Source: an uncultured Gemmatimonadales bacterium (lineage in GTDB: Bacteria > Gemmatimonadota > Gemmatimonadetes > Gemmatimonadales > GWC2-71-9). Taken from it: 64,000 nucleotides of DNA. Location of the stretch: positions 32,001 to 96,000 of the forward strand of contig CAWGSK010000013.1 of assembly GCA_963825055.1 (NCBI GenBank). The letters are read 5' to 3'. A model generated the notes under the pieces. It saw only the letters and a list, made by a program, of their open reading frames with translations. It had not been told where the DNA came from and ran no database searches. Position numbers and translations under genes: made by a program. Positions 11,574 through 22,946 of this stretch are shown piece by piece (position 1 is the first letter of the stretch; each line of letters starts with the position of its first letter).

Positions 11574-12116
11574 TCACGGCCCCCGGAGCAGGTCGACGGC
11601 GTCCTGGCCGTCGAGTTCGGAGACTTTCACGTCCACCCGGTCTTCCGGGCCGGTGTCGACCCGGGTGCCCACGATGTCCGGATGGATCGGCAGCTCTCGT
11701 CCACCGCGATCCACCAGGACGCAGAGCAGGATCCGGCGGGGGCGGCCGAAGTCGGCGAACTCGTCCAGCGCGGCCCGGATGGTGCGGCCGGTGTAGAGGA
11801 CGTCGTCCACGATGACCACCGTACGGCCGTCGAGGTCCTTCGGCAGGCTGGTCTCGCCCACGATGGGCCGGGGGCCGATGGCCTGGAGGTCGTCCCGGTA
11901 GAGGGTGATGTCCAGCTTGCCCAGTGGAACGGTCACGCCTTCCATCTCGGCAATGTGGCGGGCGAGGCGCTCGGCGAGCTCGACCCCCCGGCGCTGGATA
12001 CCGACCAGCAGCAGGCCCTCGGTGCCCTGGCACCGTTCGACAATTTCGGAAGCCATGCGGGTGAGTGCGCGCTCCATGGCGCGCGGGTCAAGCAGGGAAA
12101 AGCGGGTGGGCGTCAC
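11574..12116 (-). CDS. pyrR: PyrR regulator / uracil phosphoribosyltransferase
   Basis: [32 protein letters not shown]. Confidence 0.95.
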   Translation of the reverse strand: MTPTRFSLLDPRAMERALTRMASEIVERCQGTEGLLLVGIQRRGVELAERLARHIAEMEGVTVPLGKLDITLYRDDLQAIGPRPIVGETSLPKDLDGRTVVIVDDVLYTGRTIRAALDEFADFGRPRRILLCVLVDRGGRELPIHPDIVGTRVDTGPEDRVDVKVSELDGQDAVDLLRGP

Positions 12117-12170
12117 GAGGCGGGAAGGTAGCGCGGGAAGCAGAGTGAGGCAATGGCGGGCGGACAGACC

Positions 12171-12867
12171 TCAACCCGTTGAGTCGTTGAATCGTTGAGT
12201 CGCCGCACCGACCGTCGGTCCGCCCGTCCGCCCGACCGCCCTCTTCCCGTCCGCCCTGTCCGTCCGACCGCCTGACCGCCTGACCGCCACCACCCTGCTC
12301 CCCAGAATGACGAGCAGGATGGCCCCATACGTCACTGGCTCGCTCACATCCTTCTTCACCAGCCAGTAGAAATGCAGCACGCCGAGGATCGCGATCGGGT
12401 AGATGAGCCGGTGCAGCCGGTTCCAGCGGGCCCCGCCGAGTCGGCGGATCCAGCCGCGCGTGCTGGTGAGGGCGAGCGGGATCAGCAGCACGAAGGCAAG
12501 GAAGCCGACCAGGACCCAGGGATGCTCCACCACATCCTCGCCGACGGCGACGGGGTCGAGCTGCTGGTCGAAGACGAAGTAGCTGAATGCGTGAAGAGTC
12601 GCGTAGAAGAACGCGAACAGGCCGGCGAGACGGCGGAAGCGGATGAGGGGGTTCCAGCCGGTCAGCCGGCGCAGCGGCGTGATCGACAGGGTGATGAGCA
12701 GCAGGATCAGCGTCGCCAGGCCCGTGCGGTGCTGGATTTCCTCGACGGGATCGTCCGCCACGAAACTCCCGCTCATGATCCGGTAGACGAGGATCGCGAG
12801 GGGGAGGAGCGCGGCCAGCCACGCCCCGACCTTGAGCCAGGGGACGAGCCGTGTCCCGCCGTGCCAT
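12171..12867 (-). CDS. msrQ: Heme-binding membrane subunit MsrQ; the 5' end is out of frame with the ATG at 12867
   Basis: RRLAGLFAFFYATLH, LALTS, WNRLHRLIY, LHFYW; the first TM (RLVPWLKVGAWLAALLPLAILVY) lies in frame upstream of ATG 12776 without its own start. Confidence 0.85.
12178..12290. repeat. Octamer-period repeats (GTTGARTC x3; CCGCCYGW-like) inside the msrQ 3' tail
   Basis: gttgagtc-gttgaatc-gttgagtc; ccgcccgt-ccgcccga; gaccgcct-gaccgcct-gaccgcc. Confidence 0.7.
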
Positions 12868-13787
12868 CAGAAGTTCTTCCGGAGGTCCATCCCGGCGTAC
12901 AGCGACGCGACCTGGTCGGCGTAGCCGTTGAACATCAGGGTGTCGTGCCGGAAGAACTCGCCGATCCGCCGCTCCTTTGCCTGGCTCCAGCGGGGGTGGT
13001 CCACTTCGGGGTTCACGTTGGCGTAGAACCCATACTCATTGGGCGCGGCCACGTTCCAGGTATTCCGGGGCTGGGTCTCCATGAACCGGATCCGGACGAT
13101 CGACTTGCCACCCTTGAACCCGTACTTCCAGGGGCAGATGAGCCGGAGCGGGGCTCCGTTCTGGTTGGGCAGCGGCTTGCCGTACACGCCGGTCACCATC
13201 AGCGTCAGTGGATGCATCGCCTCGTCCATGCGGAGGCCTTCCACATAGGGCCACGGCAGGATGCCGCTCCGCTGGCCGGGCATCTGTTTCGGGTCGAGCA
13301 GCGTGGTGAACTCGACGTACTTCGCCTGGGACGTCGGCTCCAGGCGCCGGATCAGGTCACGGAGCGGGAAGCCGTTCCATGGCACCACCATGCTCCAGGC
13401 CTCAACGCAGCGATGCCGGTACACCCGCTCCTGGACCGTGAGTCCCCTGACCAGGTCCTCGAACGCCCACGTCTTCGGGGCAGCCACCGCGCCCGCCACT
13501 TCCACCGTCCAGGGCCGGGGCTTGAAATCCTGGGCGTTGGCCTTCGGGTCATCCTTGCCCGTGCCGAATTCGTAGTAGTTGTTGTAGCCCGTCACCGCCT
13601 CCCAGGGCGTGAGCTTGTCATCCGCCGGCGCCCGGCACGCGGCCAGCAGGGTGCCCGGCAGCAGCGTCCCGGCTGCCACGGCAGCGGCGGCAACCCCGGC
13701 CCGGGCCATGAACACGCGCCGGTTGACGTACAGGCTTTCGTCGGTGATCTCGGAGGTGGGAATCTCGGGCGGGCGTCGAATCAGCAT
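12867..13787 (-). CDS. msrP: Methionine sulfoxide reductase catalytic subunit MsrP (Tat-exported molybdoenzyme)
   Basis: NRRVF Tat motif, [37 protein letters not shown]; start MLIRRPPEI. Confidence 0.95.
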   Translation of the reverse strand: MLIRRPPEIPTSEITDESLYVNRRVFMARAGVAAAAVAAGTLLPGTLLAACRAPADDKLTPWEAVTGYNNYYEFGTGKDDPKANAQDFKPRPWTVEVAGAVAAPKTWAFEDLVRGLTVQERVYRHRCVEAWSMVVPWNGFPLRDLIRRLEPTSQAKYVEFTTLLDPKQMPGQRSGILPWPYVEGLRMDEAMHPLTLMVTGVYGKPLPNQNGAPLRLICPWKYGFKGGKSIVRIRFMETQPRNTWNVAAPNEYGFYANVNPEVDHPRWSQAKERRIGEFFRHDTLMFNGYADQVASLYAGMDLRKNF

Positions 13788-13870
13788 CGGCTGCTCCAGG
13801 CGTAGCTCATGGTCTGGTGTCCATGAAGTATACGCCGTGGAGCGAGGATTGGTTCCCTGGGACCGCAGGC

Positions 13871-13950
13871 AGTGGCGAGTGGCGAGTGGCGAGTGGAGCC
13901 AGGCAGAGTGCCACTTGCAACTTGCTGCTTGCCACTTGCCACTTGCCGCT
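13871..13950. repeat. Inverted pair of heptamer arrays (AGTGGCG)n / (TGCCACT)n
   Basis: 4 AGTGGMG units, then about 6 TGCCACT-like units, directly 3' of tRNA-Ser. Confidence 0.85.
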
Positions 13951-13957
13951 GTATCCA

Positions 13958-14044
13958 CGGACAGGGTGGGATTCGAACCCACGAGCCCCGTGAAGGGCCA
14001 CACGCTTTCCAGGCGTGCGCCTTAAGCCACTCGGCCACCTGTCC
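13958..14044 (-). tRNA. tRNA-Ser(GGA)
   Basis: GGACAGG acceptor stem, TGGCCGAGTGG D-arm, anticodon loop CTGGAAA, long variable arm, GGTTCGAATCC T-loop; CCA not encoded. Confidence 0.95.
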
Positions 14045-14167
14045 CGGGGTGCTGCAAGGCGCTGAATTAACTACGGTTAGCCCCCTGTGGCAATAGGGCG
14101 GAGGCACCGGGACCACATTACCTTCCGGGGGACGCCCATCCGTTCCCGCGCACCGGAGCCCGCACCC

Positions 14168-15070
14168 GTGCAAGAGACCGTCAGGCAGTGGCTGGACAAT
14201 CCCACCGTGATCCGCGCCCTGGTCTCGCTGGCCGGTATCGTACTGGTCATCGTCATCGTGCGGCTCGTCCAGGGCTCCATCGGCCGCCACGTGAAGGGGA
14301 TGGAGGCACGCTACCGGATCCGCAAGATCGTCAAGTTCCTGGGCTATCTCGTGGCGTTCCTCGTCATTGCGACGGTGTACGCCAACCGCCTGAGCGGGTT
14401 CACGGTGGCCCTGGGCGTGGCAGGCGCCGGCGTGGCCTTCGCGCTCCAGGAGGTGATCGCGAGCGTGGCGGGCTGGGCGGCGGTGTCCTTCGGCGGCTTC
14501 TACAACCCGGGCGACCGGGTGCAGCTCGGCGGCATCCGTGGTGACGTGATCGACATCGGAATCCTCCGCACCACGCTGATGGAGTGCGGCGACTGGGTGG
14601 ATGGCGACCTGTACAACGGCCGGATCGTGCGGGTGGCGAACAGCTTCGTGTTCAAGGAACCGGTCTTCAACTACTCCGGCGAGTTTCCGTTCCTGTGGGA
14701 CGAGATCAAGGTGCCGATCAGCCACGGGAGCGACCGGGACGCCACGCAGAAGCTGCTGGAGGGTATCGCGGACGAAGTGGCCGGGGACTATGCCGATTTC
14801 GCGGAGAAGGGCTGGAAGGACCTCGTGCGGCGTTACCTCATCGAGGACGCACGCGTCCAGCCGATGGTTACGTACTCGGTCAACGAGAACTGGATCACGT
14901 ACGTGGTGCGCTATCCGGTGGACTACCGGAAGCGCCGCATCACGAAGCACGAGCTGTCCAGGCGGGTGATGGACGGCATCGATGCCAGCGACGACTCGAT
15001 CAGGCTGGCCTTCAGCACTCTCGCCATCACCGCCATGCCACCCCTGGACGTGCGTCGCCCGGAAGGCTGA
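14168..15070 (+). CDS. mscS: Small-conductance mechanosensitive channel (MscS family)
   Basis: 3 TM segments, GVAFALQE, PGDRVQLGGIRGDVIDIG, VANS..VFNYS; start uncertain. Confidence 0.85.
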   Translation: MQETVRQWLDNPTVIRALVSLAGIVLVIVIVRLVQGSIGRHVKGMEARYRIRKIVKFLGYLVAFLVIATVYANRLSGFTVALGVAGAGVAFALQEVIASVAGWAAVSFGGFYNPGDRVQLGGIRGDVIDIGILRTTLMECGDWVDGDLYNGRIVRVANSFVFKEPVFNYSGEFPFLWDEIKVPISHGSDRDATQKLLEGIADEVAGDYADFAEKGWKDLVRRYLIEDARVQPMVTYSVNENWITYVVRYPVDYRKRRITKHELSRRVMDGIDASDDSIRLAFSTLAITAMPPLDVRRPEG

Positions 15071-15076
15071 CCGGCC

Positions 15077-15418
15077 TCAGCCGGCGGCCGCCGCGGCCTG
15101 TTGCTGGCGCCGGAGGGCTTCCTGTGCCGCGACGGAACTGGACCCACTCCCGTCCGGCGCCCCCGCGCCGGCCAGGGAGACGATGCCGAGGCCCAGGCGC
15201 GGCATCTTGTTCCGCCAGAGCTCCGATCCGGTTGTCGGATCGAGGCAGAACACCTCGCCCTGTGTGGCGGCGTACACCTTCCCGTCGTCCAGCACCACCG
15301 ACACGAACGATCCCCCCTTGAGCTTCGTGCGCCAGAGTTCCGCGCCGGTGCTCTTGTCGATGGCCACGACGTGGCCCCGGACACCGGCGAACAGGGTGCT
15401 GCTCGAAATGGTTGCCAT
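15077..15418 (-). CDS. Small PQQ-like beta-propeller repeat protein
   Basis: Two repeats: VAIDKSTGAELWR and FCLDPTTGSELWR. Confidence 0.75.
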   Translation of the reverse strand: MATISSSTLFAGVRGHVVAIDKSTGAELWRTKLKGGSFVSVVLDDGKVYAATQGEVFCLDPTTGSELWRNKMPRLGLGIVSLAGAGAPDGSGSSSVAAQEALRRQQQAAAAAG

Positions 15419-15422
15419 GAGT

Positions 15423-15643
15423 CTACCTGCCGGGCGAGTCGCTCCGGCGTCCCACGAGGACGGCGGCCCCGAGGAGCCCGGTGGCGAGGAAGAGAAGTGA
15501 CGAGGGGTTCTGTCCCGCGTCAGGTGCAGGACAGAAGCCGAGCGTGACGCAGTCGGGAGCCCCGGTCGCCGGGGCGGGCGCGGCCTGGGCCCCCGCTGCC
15601 ACGGGCAGCGCCAGCAGGAGCGCCGTGGCCAGCACCGTGCGGA

Positions 15644-15647
<4 letters not shown>
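15423..15647 (-). CDS. Tiny exported protein with a PEP-CTERM-like C-terminal anchor
   Basis: Signal peptide; CVTLGFC; NPSSLLFLATGLLGAAVLVGRR; ATGA overlap with the fabF stop. Confidence 0.6.
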
Positions 15648-16885
<1,238 letters not shown>

Positions 16886-17125
16886 CTACTTCTCGATCTT
16901 TTCGTTCAGGTACTTCAGCGCATCACCGACGGTCCGGAGCTTTTCGGCTTCCTCGTCCGGGATGTCGATGTCGAATTCCTTCTCGAACGCCATCACGAGC
17001 TCGACGGTGTCCAGGCTGTCGGCGCCAAGATCCTCCATGAAGCTGGCATCATCCGTCAGCTTCTCGCGCTCGACACCCAGTTCCTCGACGATGATGTCCT
17101 TAACCTTTTCTACGATCTCGCTCAT
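16886..17125 (-). CDS. acpP: Acyl carrier protein
   Basis: [14 protein letters not shown]; start MSEIVEK. Confidence 0.97.
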   Translation of the reverse strand: MSEIVEKVKDIIVEELGVEREKLTDDASFMEDLGADSLDTVELVMAFEKEFDIDIPDEEAEKLRTVGDALKYLNEKIEK

Positions 17126-17150
17126 GCTGTCCTCGAAAGGGAAATGGGAC

Positions 17151-17891
17151 TTAGAAAACCATGCCGCCGTCAACGACGATGACCTGACCGGTGATGTATG
17201 CCGCAAGGTCGGATGCCAGGAACGCCACGGCCCCAGCCACATCCTCTGGACGGCCCGGGCGCTCCAGCGCAACCCCCTGTAATAACGCGGCGCGCGCCTC
17301 CTCGGGCAAGCCACCGGTCATGTCGGTTTCGATGTAGCCCGGCGCCACGCAGTTGACCAGCACGTTCCGGCTGCCGTACTCCTTGGCAACCGACTTGCTG
17401 AAGCCGATGAGCCCGGCCTTGCTCGCCGCGTAATTCGCCTGTCCCTTGTTGCCGGTCAGGCCTACCACGCTGCTGATATTGATGATCCGCCCGCTGCGCC
17501 GCTTCATCATGCCCTTGAGGCAGAGCCGCGTGGTGTGGAACGCCGCCTTGAGGTTCGCGTCCATCACGGTGTCCCAGTCCTCCTCCGAGAGCCGGAGCAG
17601 GATGTTGTCCCGCGCGACGCCGGCGTTGTTCACCAGGATGTCCACCGGCCCGAGGGCGGCCTCCGCCTCCTTCAGGGCCCGCTCCACCTGGTCCGCATGG
17701 AGCACGTCGCAGCCGAACCCACGCGCGTCCTCCCCGAGTTCCGTCGCCACGGCCTCGGCCGTGGCCGCCTCCCGGCCCACGATCGCGACCTTCGCCCCGG
17801 CCTCGAGCAGGCGCACGGCGATTGCACGGCCGATGCCCCGGGTGCTGCCGGTGACGAACGCCGTGCGTCCGCTGAGGTCGATATTGATCAT
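17151..17891 (-). CDS. fabG: 3-oxoacyl-ACP reductase
   Basis: [17 protein letters not shown]. Confidence 0.95.
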   Translation of the reverse strand: MINIDLSGRTAFVTGSTRGIGRAIAVRLLEAGAKVAIVGREAATAEAVATELGEDARGFGCDVLHADQVERALKEAEAALGPVDILVNNAGVARDNILLRLSEEDWDTVMDANLKAAFHTTRLCLKGMMKRRSGRIINISSVVGLTGNKGQANYAASKAGLIGFSKSVAKEYGSRNVLVNCVAPGYIETDMTGGLPEEARAALLQGVALERPGRPEDVAGAVAFLASDLAAYITGQVIVVDGGMVF

Positions 17892-18814
17892 GAAAGGAAC
17901 CGCTCCACGTCATCCGCTGAAGACAGGGAGGTGCTCGTGAGCTCGGGCTCGATCCGCCGGAGCAGCCCCGCCAGGACCGTCCCGGGCCCCACCTCCACGA
18001 ACGTCGTGCCCGCCGGGGCCAGTTCCGCCGCGCGCCGCATGCTCGCCACCCACCGGACCGGCGCCGTCAGCTGCTCCGCGAGGAGCTGCCGGGCGTCTCC
18101 CGCCGAATAGACCGGCCCGGCCGTCGCATTCGCAATCACCGGGAAGGCCGGATCGGACCAGGAGACGCCGTCGAGCGCCTCGCGCAGTCCGGCCACGGCT
18201 GGGGCCATCAGGGGCGAATGGAAGGCGCCGCTGACCTTGAGCGGCAGTACCCGCTTCGCACCGCCGCCCTTGCACATCTCCCCCGCGCGTCCAACGGCGT
18301 CAGGGTCCCCGCTGATGACGGTCTGGTCCGGGGCGTTCAGGTTGGCAGCCACGGCCACCGATCCATCCCGCGAAGCCTGGGCACAGAACGCCTCGACTTC
18401 GCCACCCGGCAGGCCGAGCACCGCCGCCATGGTGCCGGGCCGGGCGTTGCCGGCCTCGAACATAAGCTCGCCCCGCCGGCGAACCAGCGCCGCGGCGTCC
18501 GTCGCCCGGAGCGAGCCCGCGGCCACGTAGGCGCTGTACTCGCCCAGGCTGTGCCCGGCGGCGGCCTCCACGGCACCGAGCCGCGGGCCTATCACGGACA
18601 GCACGGCCGCCGAGTGGGCGAGGATGGCCGGCTGGGCGTTGTGGGTCAGGGTCAGTTCGTCCTCCGGGCCTTCCCACATGAGCCGGGAGAGCGCCACGCC
18701 GAGGGCCTCGTCGATGGCCGCGAACGTGTCCCGTGCCTCCGGAAACCGCTCGGCCAGGTCGCGCCCCATTCCCACCTTCTGGGCGCCCTGCCCCGGGCAG
18801 AGCAGCACCGTCAC
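17888..18814 (-). CDS. fabD: Malonyl-CoA:ACP transacylase
   Basis: PGQGAQ, GHSLGE, AFHS. Confidence 0.95.
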   Translation of the reverse strand: MTVLLCPGQGAQKVGMGRDLAERFPEARDTFAAIDEALGVALSRLMWEGPEDELTLTHNAQPAILAHSAAVLSVIGPRLGAVEAAAGHSLGEYSAYVAAGSLRATDAAALVRRRGELMFEAGNARPGTMAAVLGLPGGEVEAFCAQASRDGSVAVAANLNAPDQTVISGDPDAVGRAGEMCKGGGAKRVLPLKVSGAFHSPLMAPAVAGLREALDGVSWSDPAFPVIANATAGPVYSAGDARQLLAEQLTAPVRWVASMRRAAELAPAGTTFVEVGPGTVLAGLLRRIEPELTSTSLSSADDVERFLS

Positions 18815-19812
18815 CAGCGAACCACCGTTGCGCCCCAGGTGAACCCGGCCCCGAAGGCAACCAGCAGCAGCAGCGAGCCCGGCGTGATCCGCCCCTCCTC
18901 GCGCGCCTGCGCGATGGCCAGCGGAATCGACGCGGAGCTCGTGTTGCCGTAGCGGTCCACGTTCACCAGCACCTTTTCCATGGGGAGGTTGGCGTGTTTC
19001 GCGGTGGCCTCGATGATGCGGATGTTGGCCTGGTGCGGCACGAGCAGGTCGATCTGGTCGGCGGTCACGCCGGCGCGCTCCAGTGCCTCGTCACAGGCCT
19101 GGGCCATGGTGCGGACCGCCGCCTTGAAGACCTCGCGTCCGGCCATCTTCATGAAATGCGAGCGTTCGGTGACCACCTTCTCGCTGATCGGATCGCTCGA
19201 GCCGCCGCCCGGACGGTAGAGGAGCGGCGCGAGCCGCCCGTCCGACCGGATGAACGTGGAGAGGACCCCGCGGCCATCGGTGGAGCCCTCGGCCTTCCGC
19301 CGGAGGATCGCCGCACCCGCGCCGTCCCCGAAGAGAATGGCCGTGGAGCGGTCGGTATAGTCGGTGATGGTGGAGAGCTTCTCCGCGCCAAGAACGAGCA
19401 CGTGCTCCGCCTGCCCCGACGCGATCAGCCCCTCACCAATGGTGAGGGCATACACGAAACCCGGGCAGGCGGCGCTGATGTCGAACGCCGCGGCCCGCTC
19501 CGCCCCCAGCAGGGCCTGCAGGTCGCACGCGGTGCTCGGCAGCAGCCGGTCCGGCGTGGCGGTGCCGAGGATGATCGCGTCCAGGTCCATCGGGCCGATG
19601 CCGGCCTCCGCCATGGCGCGCCCGGCGGCTTCCTGGCCCAGCATCGCGACGGACTGGTCCGGCCCGGCGATGTGGCGCTCCCGGATGCCGGTCCGCTCGA
19701 GGATCCATGCGTCGGACGTATCGAGAATCTTCTCGAAGTCCGCGTTGGTCATCACTCGCTCGGGGACGGCCACGCCGAGCCCCGCGATCTCCGCAAAGGG
19801 GCGCTGGATCAT
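18811..19812 (-). CDS. fabH: 3-oxoacyl-ACP synthase III
   Basis: AACPGF, FGDGAGA, PHQAN, GNTSSAS. Confidence 0.95.
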   Translation of the reverse strand: MIQRPFAEIAGLGVAVPERVMTNADFEKILDTSDAWILERTGIRERHIAGPDQSVAMLGQEAAGRAMAEAGIGPMDLDAIILGTATPDRLLPSTACDLQALLGAERAAAFDISAACPGFVYALTIGEGLIASGQAEHVLVLGAEKLSTITDYTDRSTAILFGDGAGAAILRRKAEGSTDGRGVLSTFIRSDGRLAPLLYRPGGGSSDPISEKVVTERSHFMKMAGREVFKAAVRTMAQACDEALERAGVTADQIDLLVPHQANIRIIEATAKHANLPMEKVLVNVDRYGNTSSASIPLAIAQAREEGRITPGSLLLLVAFGAGFTWGATVVRW

Positions 19813-20822
19813 GCCTCGGTCCCGATCTTGGCGTTGGAGAATTCGCTGCGGATGTGGGAGGAGAGTCCGGTCTCCACGGCCTGCACGGCCACGCGGATGG
19901 CGTTCTTGACCGCATTCGGCGTGGATGAGCCATGGCAGATGATACAGACGCCCTGCACGCCAAGCAGCGGCGCGCCACCGTACTGGGAATAGTCCAGGAT
20001 GCGGAACACCTTCCGCACATCCTGGCGCTCCAGCACTTCCGGCGCCTCACGGCGCACGAGCTTGAGGATCAGCCGCGCGACGGACTCGTAGAACTTGAGG
20101 ACGATGTTGCCGACGAAGCCGTCGGTCACCACCACGTCCACCTGTCCGTATTTCGAGTGTCCGGCCAGGATGTCCCGGCCCTCGATGTTGCCGATGTAGT
20201 TGAGCGAGGGATCAGCCTTGAGGAGGCGGTGCGCCTCCTTGACGATGGCGTTCCCCTTCTCGTCTTCCTCGCCGATGTTGAGCAGGCCCACCGAGGGGCG
20301 GGGCTTGGCGAGAATATCCCGGACGTAGACCGTCCCGAGCCGCGCGAACCCCACCAGCTCGCGGGCCGAGCAGTCGACGTTGGCCCCCCCGTCAAGGACG
20401 AGGGCCGGTTCGGTGGCGGTGGGAAAGAGGGTGGCAACGGTCGCCCGCTCGACGCCGTCGTGCAGACCGAGGAGGATCGTGCTGCCCGCAAGCATCGCAC
20501 CGGTGTTCCCTGCCGACACGAAAGCGTCGGACTCGCCCGTCTTCTGAAGGGTCAGCCCGACGACCATGCTCGAGTTCGGCTTGCGACGGATGGCCTGGAG
20601 GGGTTTGTCCTCCATGGTGACCACATCGGTCGCCTCCCGGATCTCGATCCGCGAACGGTCGAGGTCGGGATAGCGGGCGAGTTCAACCTCGACGCGCTCG
20701 GGCGACCCAACCAGCTGGATGAGGAACCCCGGTGGGAGATCCCGCAGTGCGAGCGCGGCGCCGTCGACTTCCACCTGTGGCGCGCTGTCGCTGCCCATGG
20801 CGTCCAGGGCGACCCGGATCAC
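19809..20822 (-). CDS. plsX: Phosphate acyltransferase PlsX
   Basis: ALDAMGSD, SAGNTGA, LLNIGEE, DGFVGN, HGSS. Confidence 0.95.
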   Translation of the reverse strand: MIRVALDAMGSDSAPQVEVDGAALALRDLPPGFLIQLVGSPERVEVELARYPDLDRSRIEIREATDVVTMEDKPLQAIRRKPNSSMVVGLTLQKTGESDAFVSAGNTGAMLAGSTILLGLHDGVERATVATLFPTATEPALVLDGGANVDCSARELVGFARLGTVYVRDILAKPRPSVGLLNIGEEDEKGNAIVKEAHRLLKADPSLNYIGNIEGRDILAGHSKYGQVDVVVTDGFVGNIVLKFYESVARLILKLVRREAPEVLERQDVRKVFRILDYSQYGGAPLLGVQGVCIICHGSSTPNAVKNAIRVAVQAVETGLSSHIRSEFSNAKIGTEA

Positions 20823-20824
20823 CC

Positions 20825-21007
20825 CTATTCGTCCTCAACCTCGATCATCTTCTTCCCGCGATAGTACCCGCAGGTCCCGCAGACACGATGCGGAAGCTTG
20901 GGGGAACTGCAGCGCGGGCAGGGCTGAGTGGCCATGCTGGGCGCGGCGTGATTCCCACGCCGGGAGCGCTTGCGCGCCTTGGATGTCCGTCTCTTCGGTA
21001 CCGCCAT
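20825..21007 (-). CDS. rpmF: 50S ribosomal protein L32 (zinc-binding type)
   Basis: MAVPKRRTS; CPRC...HRVCGTCGYY. Confidence 0.97.
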   Translation of the reverse strand: MAVPKRRTSKARKRSRRGNHAAPSMATQPCPRCSSPKLPHRVCGTCGYYRGKKMIEVEDE

Positions 21008-21014
21008 GACGTCC

Positions 21015-21485
21015 TCAGGTTGAGTCGGCCGCAGCCGCGCATGCGCACGGTCCGGCGTTCAGGTCTGCCCCACAGCCGGCGCAGAGTCCGGCGCATGCTT
21101 CCCGGCAGAGCGGGAAGGCCGGCGCGGCGAGCGCCAGTTCCTCCCGGACCACCGGCCGAAGGTCGATCTCGCGCGTCCGCGCCGGCAGCGGATACACGCT
21201 CGGGTCATCCGCCATGTCCGGGTCCGAGCTGAACAGCACGTGTAACTCGGCGTCCAGCGGGACCGTCACCCCGGCCAGGCACCGCCGGCACGCGGTCAGC
21301 AGCATGCCCACCATCCGGCCATGCCAGAAGTACTCGCCCTCGGCGGCGGACTGGAGCCGCCCGGTGATCCGGAGCGGCTCCGCGAGACGCACCTCAAGCC
21401 CCTCGAGCGCAGGATCGCCGGGCGGAACCAGCGCATCGATCTCTACCGCCCCCTGGTCCAACTCCCGAATGTAAACCTCAAGCAT
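21015..21485 (-). CDS. DUF177/YceD family protein
   Basis: CRRCL, LCREACAGLCAGCGADLN; directly upstream of rpmF. Confidence 0.9.
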   Translation of the reverse strand: MLEVYIRELDQGAVEIDALVPPGDPALEGLEVRLAEPLRITGRLQSAAEGEYFWHGRMVGMLLTACRRCLAGVTVPLDAELHVLFSSDPDMADDPSVYPLPARTREIDLRPVVREELALAAPAFPLCREACAGLCAGCGADLNAGPCACAAAADST

Positions 21486-21493
21486 AGCCCTTT

Positions 21494-21523
21494 AATTTAA
21501 CCGGGACAATCACTTGGGGTCAA
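21494..21523 (-). promoter_or_regulatory. Putative sigma70 promoter of the yceD-rpmF-fab operon
   Basis: TTGACC-N18-TAAATT, 8 nt before the ATG. Confidence 0.55.
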
Positions 21524-21543
21524 CGCAGGGCGCTCCCGCGGGC

Positions 21544-22008
21544 CTAGGCCTTCTTGGCCGCCTTCTCCGGGGCCCCCGCCCCGCCCCAGAGGCCCGCCAG
21601 CTCGCCCTCACTGAAGAAGAACCCCACCTCGCGGACGGCATTCTCCAGGCTGTCCGAGGCATGGATGGCATTCCGTCCCTTCGACTCGGCGTAGAGCTTC
21701 CGGATGGTGCCCTCCGCCGCCTCCGCGGGGTCCGTCGCCCCGATCACCGTCCGGAGGTACTGGACCGCGTCATTCCGCTCGAGCGCCATCGGCAGGCAGG
21801 GCCCGCTGGTCATGAACGCGACCAGGTCGTCATAGAACGGCCGGCCCCGGTGCACCTCGTAGAACTGCTCGGCCTGGGGCCGGGTCAGTCGCATGAGCCG
21901 CCCCGCGCGCAGGACGAATCCCTCCTCCTGGAGGTGAGCGATGATCGCCCCGGCCTTGCCGGTTGCAATGGCGTCGGGCTTGATGATGGTGAGCGTCGTA
22001 ACGGCCAC
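21544..22008 (-). CDS. ndk: Nucleoside diphosphate kinase
   Basis: IKPDA, FMTSGP, GTIR, NAIHASDS. Confidence 0.97.
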   Translation of the reverse strand: MAVTTLTIIKPDAIATGKAGAIIAHLQEEGFVLRAGRLMRLTRPQAEQFYEVHRGRPFYDDLVAFMTSGPCLPMALERNDAVQYLRTVIGATDPAEAAEGTIRKLYAESKGRNAIHASDSLENAVREVGFFFSEGELAGLWGGAGAPEKAAKKA

Positions 22009-22073
22009 TAGGGTCCCCCGCGGCAGGGCCGCGTCTGGTGTTGTCGTCAGGTGCCGGCCGGGCCGGCATCCGC

Positions 22074-22946
22074 TCAGGCGCGGGCCTGGGCGAGCAGGTC
22101 CACCACGTCCACCGGGCGGCGCATCACGCGGATGCCGGCCGCCTCGAAGGCGTCGATCTTCTCCTCGGCCGTGCCCGAGCTGCCCGAGATGATGGCGCCG
22201 GCATGGCCCATCCGCCGCCCCTTGGGCGCCGTCTGGCCGGCGATGAACCCGACCACGGGCTTGGTGACATGGTCGCGGACGAAGGTCGCGGCCTGCTGTT
22301 CGTCCGTGCCGCCGATCTCGCCCAGCATCACGATGGCCTCGGTGTCCGGGTCGGCCTCGAAGGCCCGCAGGCAGTCGATGAAGTTGGTCCCGATAATCGG
22401 GTCGCCCCCGATGCCGACGCAGGTGCTCTGGCCGATGCCGTTCCTGGTAAGCTGGTTCACCACTTCGTAGGTGAGCGTCCCGCTGCGGGAGACCAGGCCG
22501 ACGTTGCCCGGCGCGCAGATGTTGCCGGGAATGATGCCGACCTTTGCGCTCCCCGGCGTAATCAGCCCCGGGCAGTTGGGGCCGATCAGCCGGGCACCCT
22601 TCTCCTTCAGGTACGGCATGACCCGGGTCATGTCGATCACGGGCACGCCCTCGCTGATGCAGACAATCAGGGAGATCCCGGCGTCGGCCGCCTCGTACAG
22701 CGCGCCCGCGGCCAGCGTGGCCGGAACGTAGATCACCGAGGTGTTGGCCCCCGTCTCCTCAACCGCCTCCGCCACTGTATTGAAGACCGGCACCGCCTTC
22801 TCGAACGTCTGTCCACCCTTCCCCGGCGTGACGCCCGCGACGACATTCGTGCCGTATTCCATCATCTGGCGCGTGTGGAACGACCCGTCCCGCCCGGTGA
22901 TCCCCTGGACCACGAGTCGCGTTTCCTTCCCGATGAAGATGCTCAC
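22074..22946 (-). CDS. sucD: Succinyl-CoA ligase alpha subunit
   Basis: [26 protein letters not shown]. Confidence 0.97.
   Translation of the reverse strand: MSIFIGKETRLVVQGITGRDGSFHTRQMMEYGTNVVAGVTPGKGGQTFEKAVPVFNTVAEAVEETGANTSVIYVPATLAAGALYEAADAGISLIVCISEGVPVIDMTRVMPYLKEKGARLIGPNCPGLITPGSAKVGIIPGNICAPGNVGLVSRSGTLTYEVVNQLTRNGIGQSTCVGIGGDPIIGTNFIDCLRAFEADPDTEAIVMLGEIGGTDEQQAATFVRDHVTKPVVGFIAGQTAPKGRRMGHAGAIISGSSGTAEEKIDAFEAAGIRVMRRPVDVVDLLAQARA

Noticed and set aside
12867..12869. Selenocysteine at the msrP UGA
   Set aside because: The position is the normal MsrP C-terminus, not a catalytic Cys site; I recognised no SECIS; the TGATG overlap favours ordinary translational coupling.
13958..14044. 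tRNA-Ser as an integration site for an island or prophage
   Set aside because: No integrase nearby and no duplicated tRNA 3' end found in the window.
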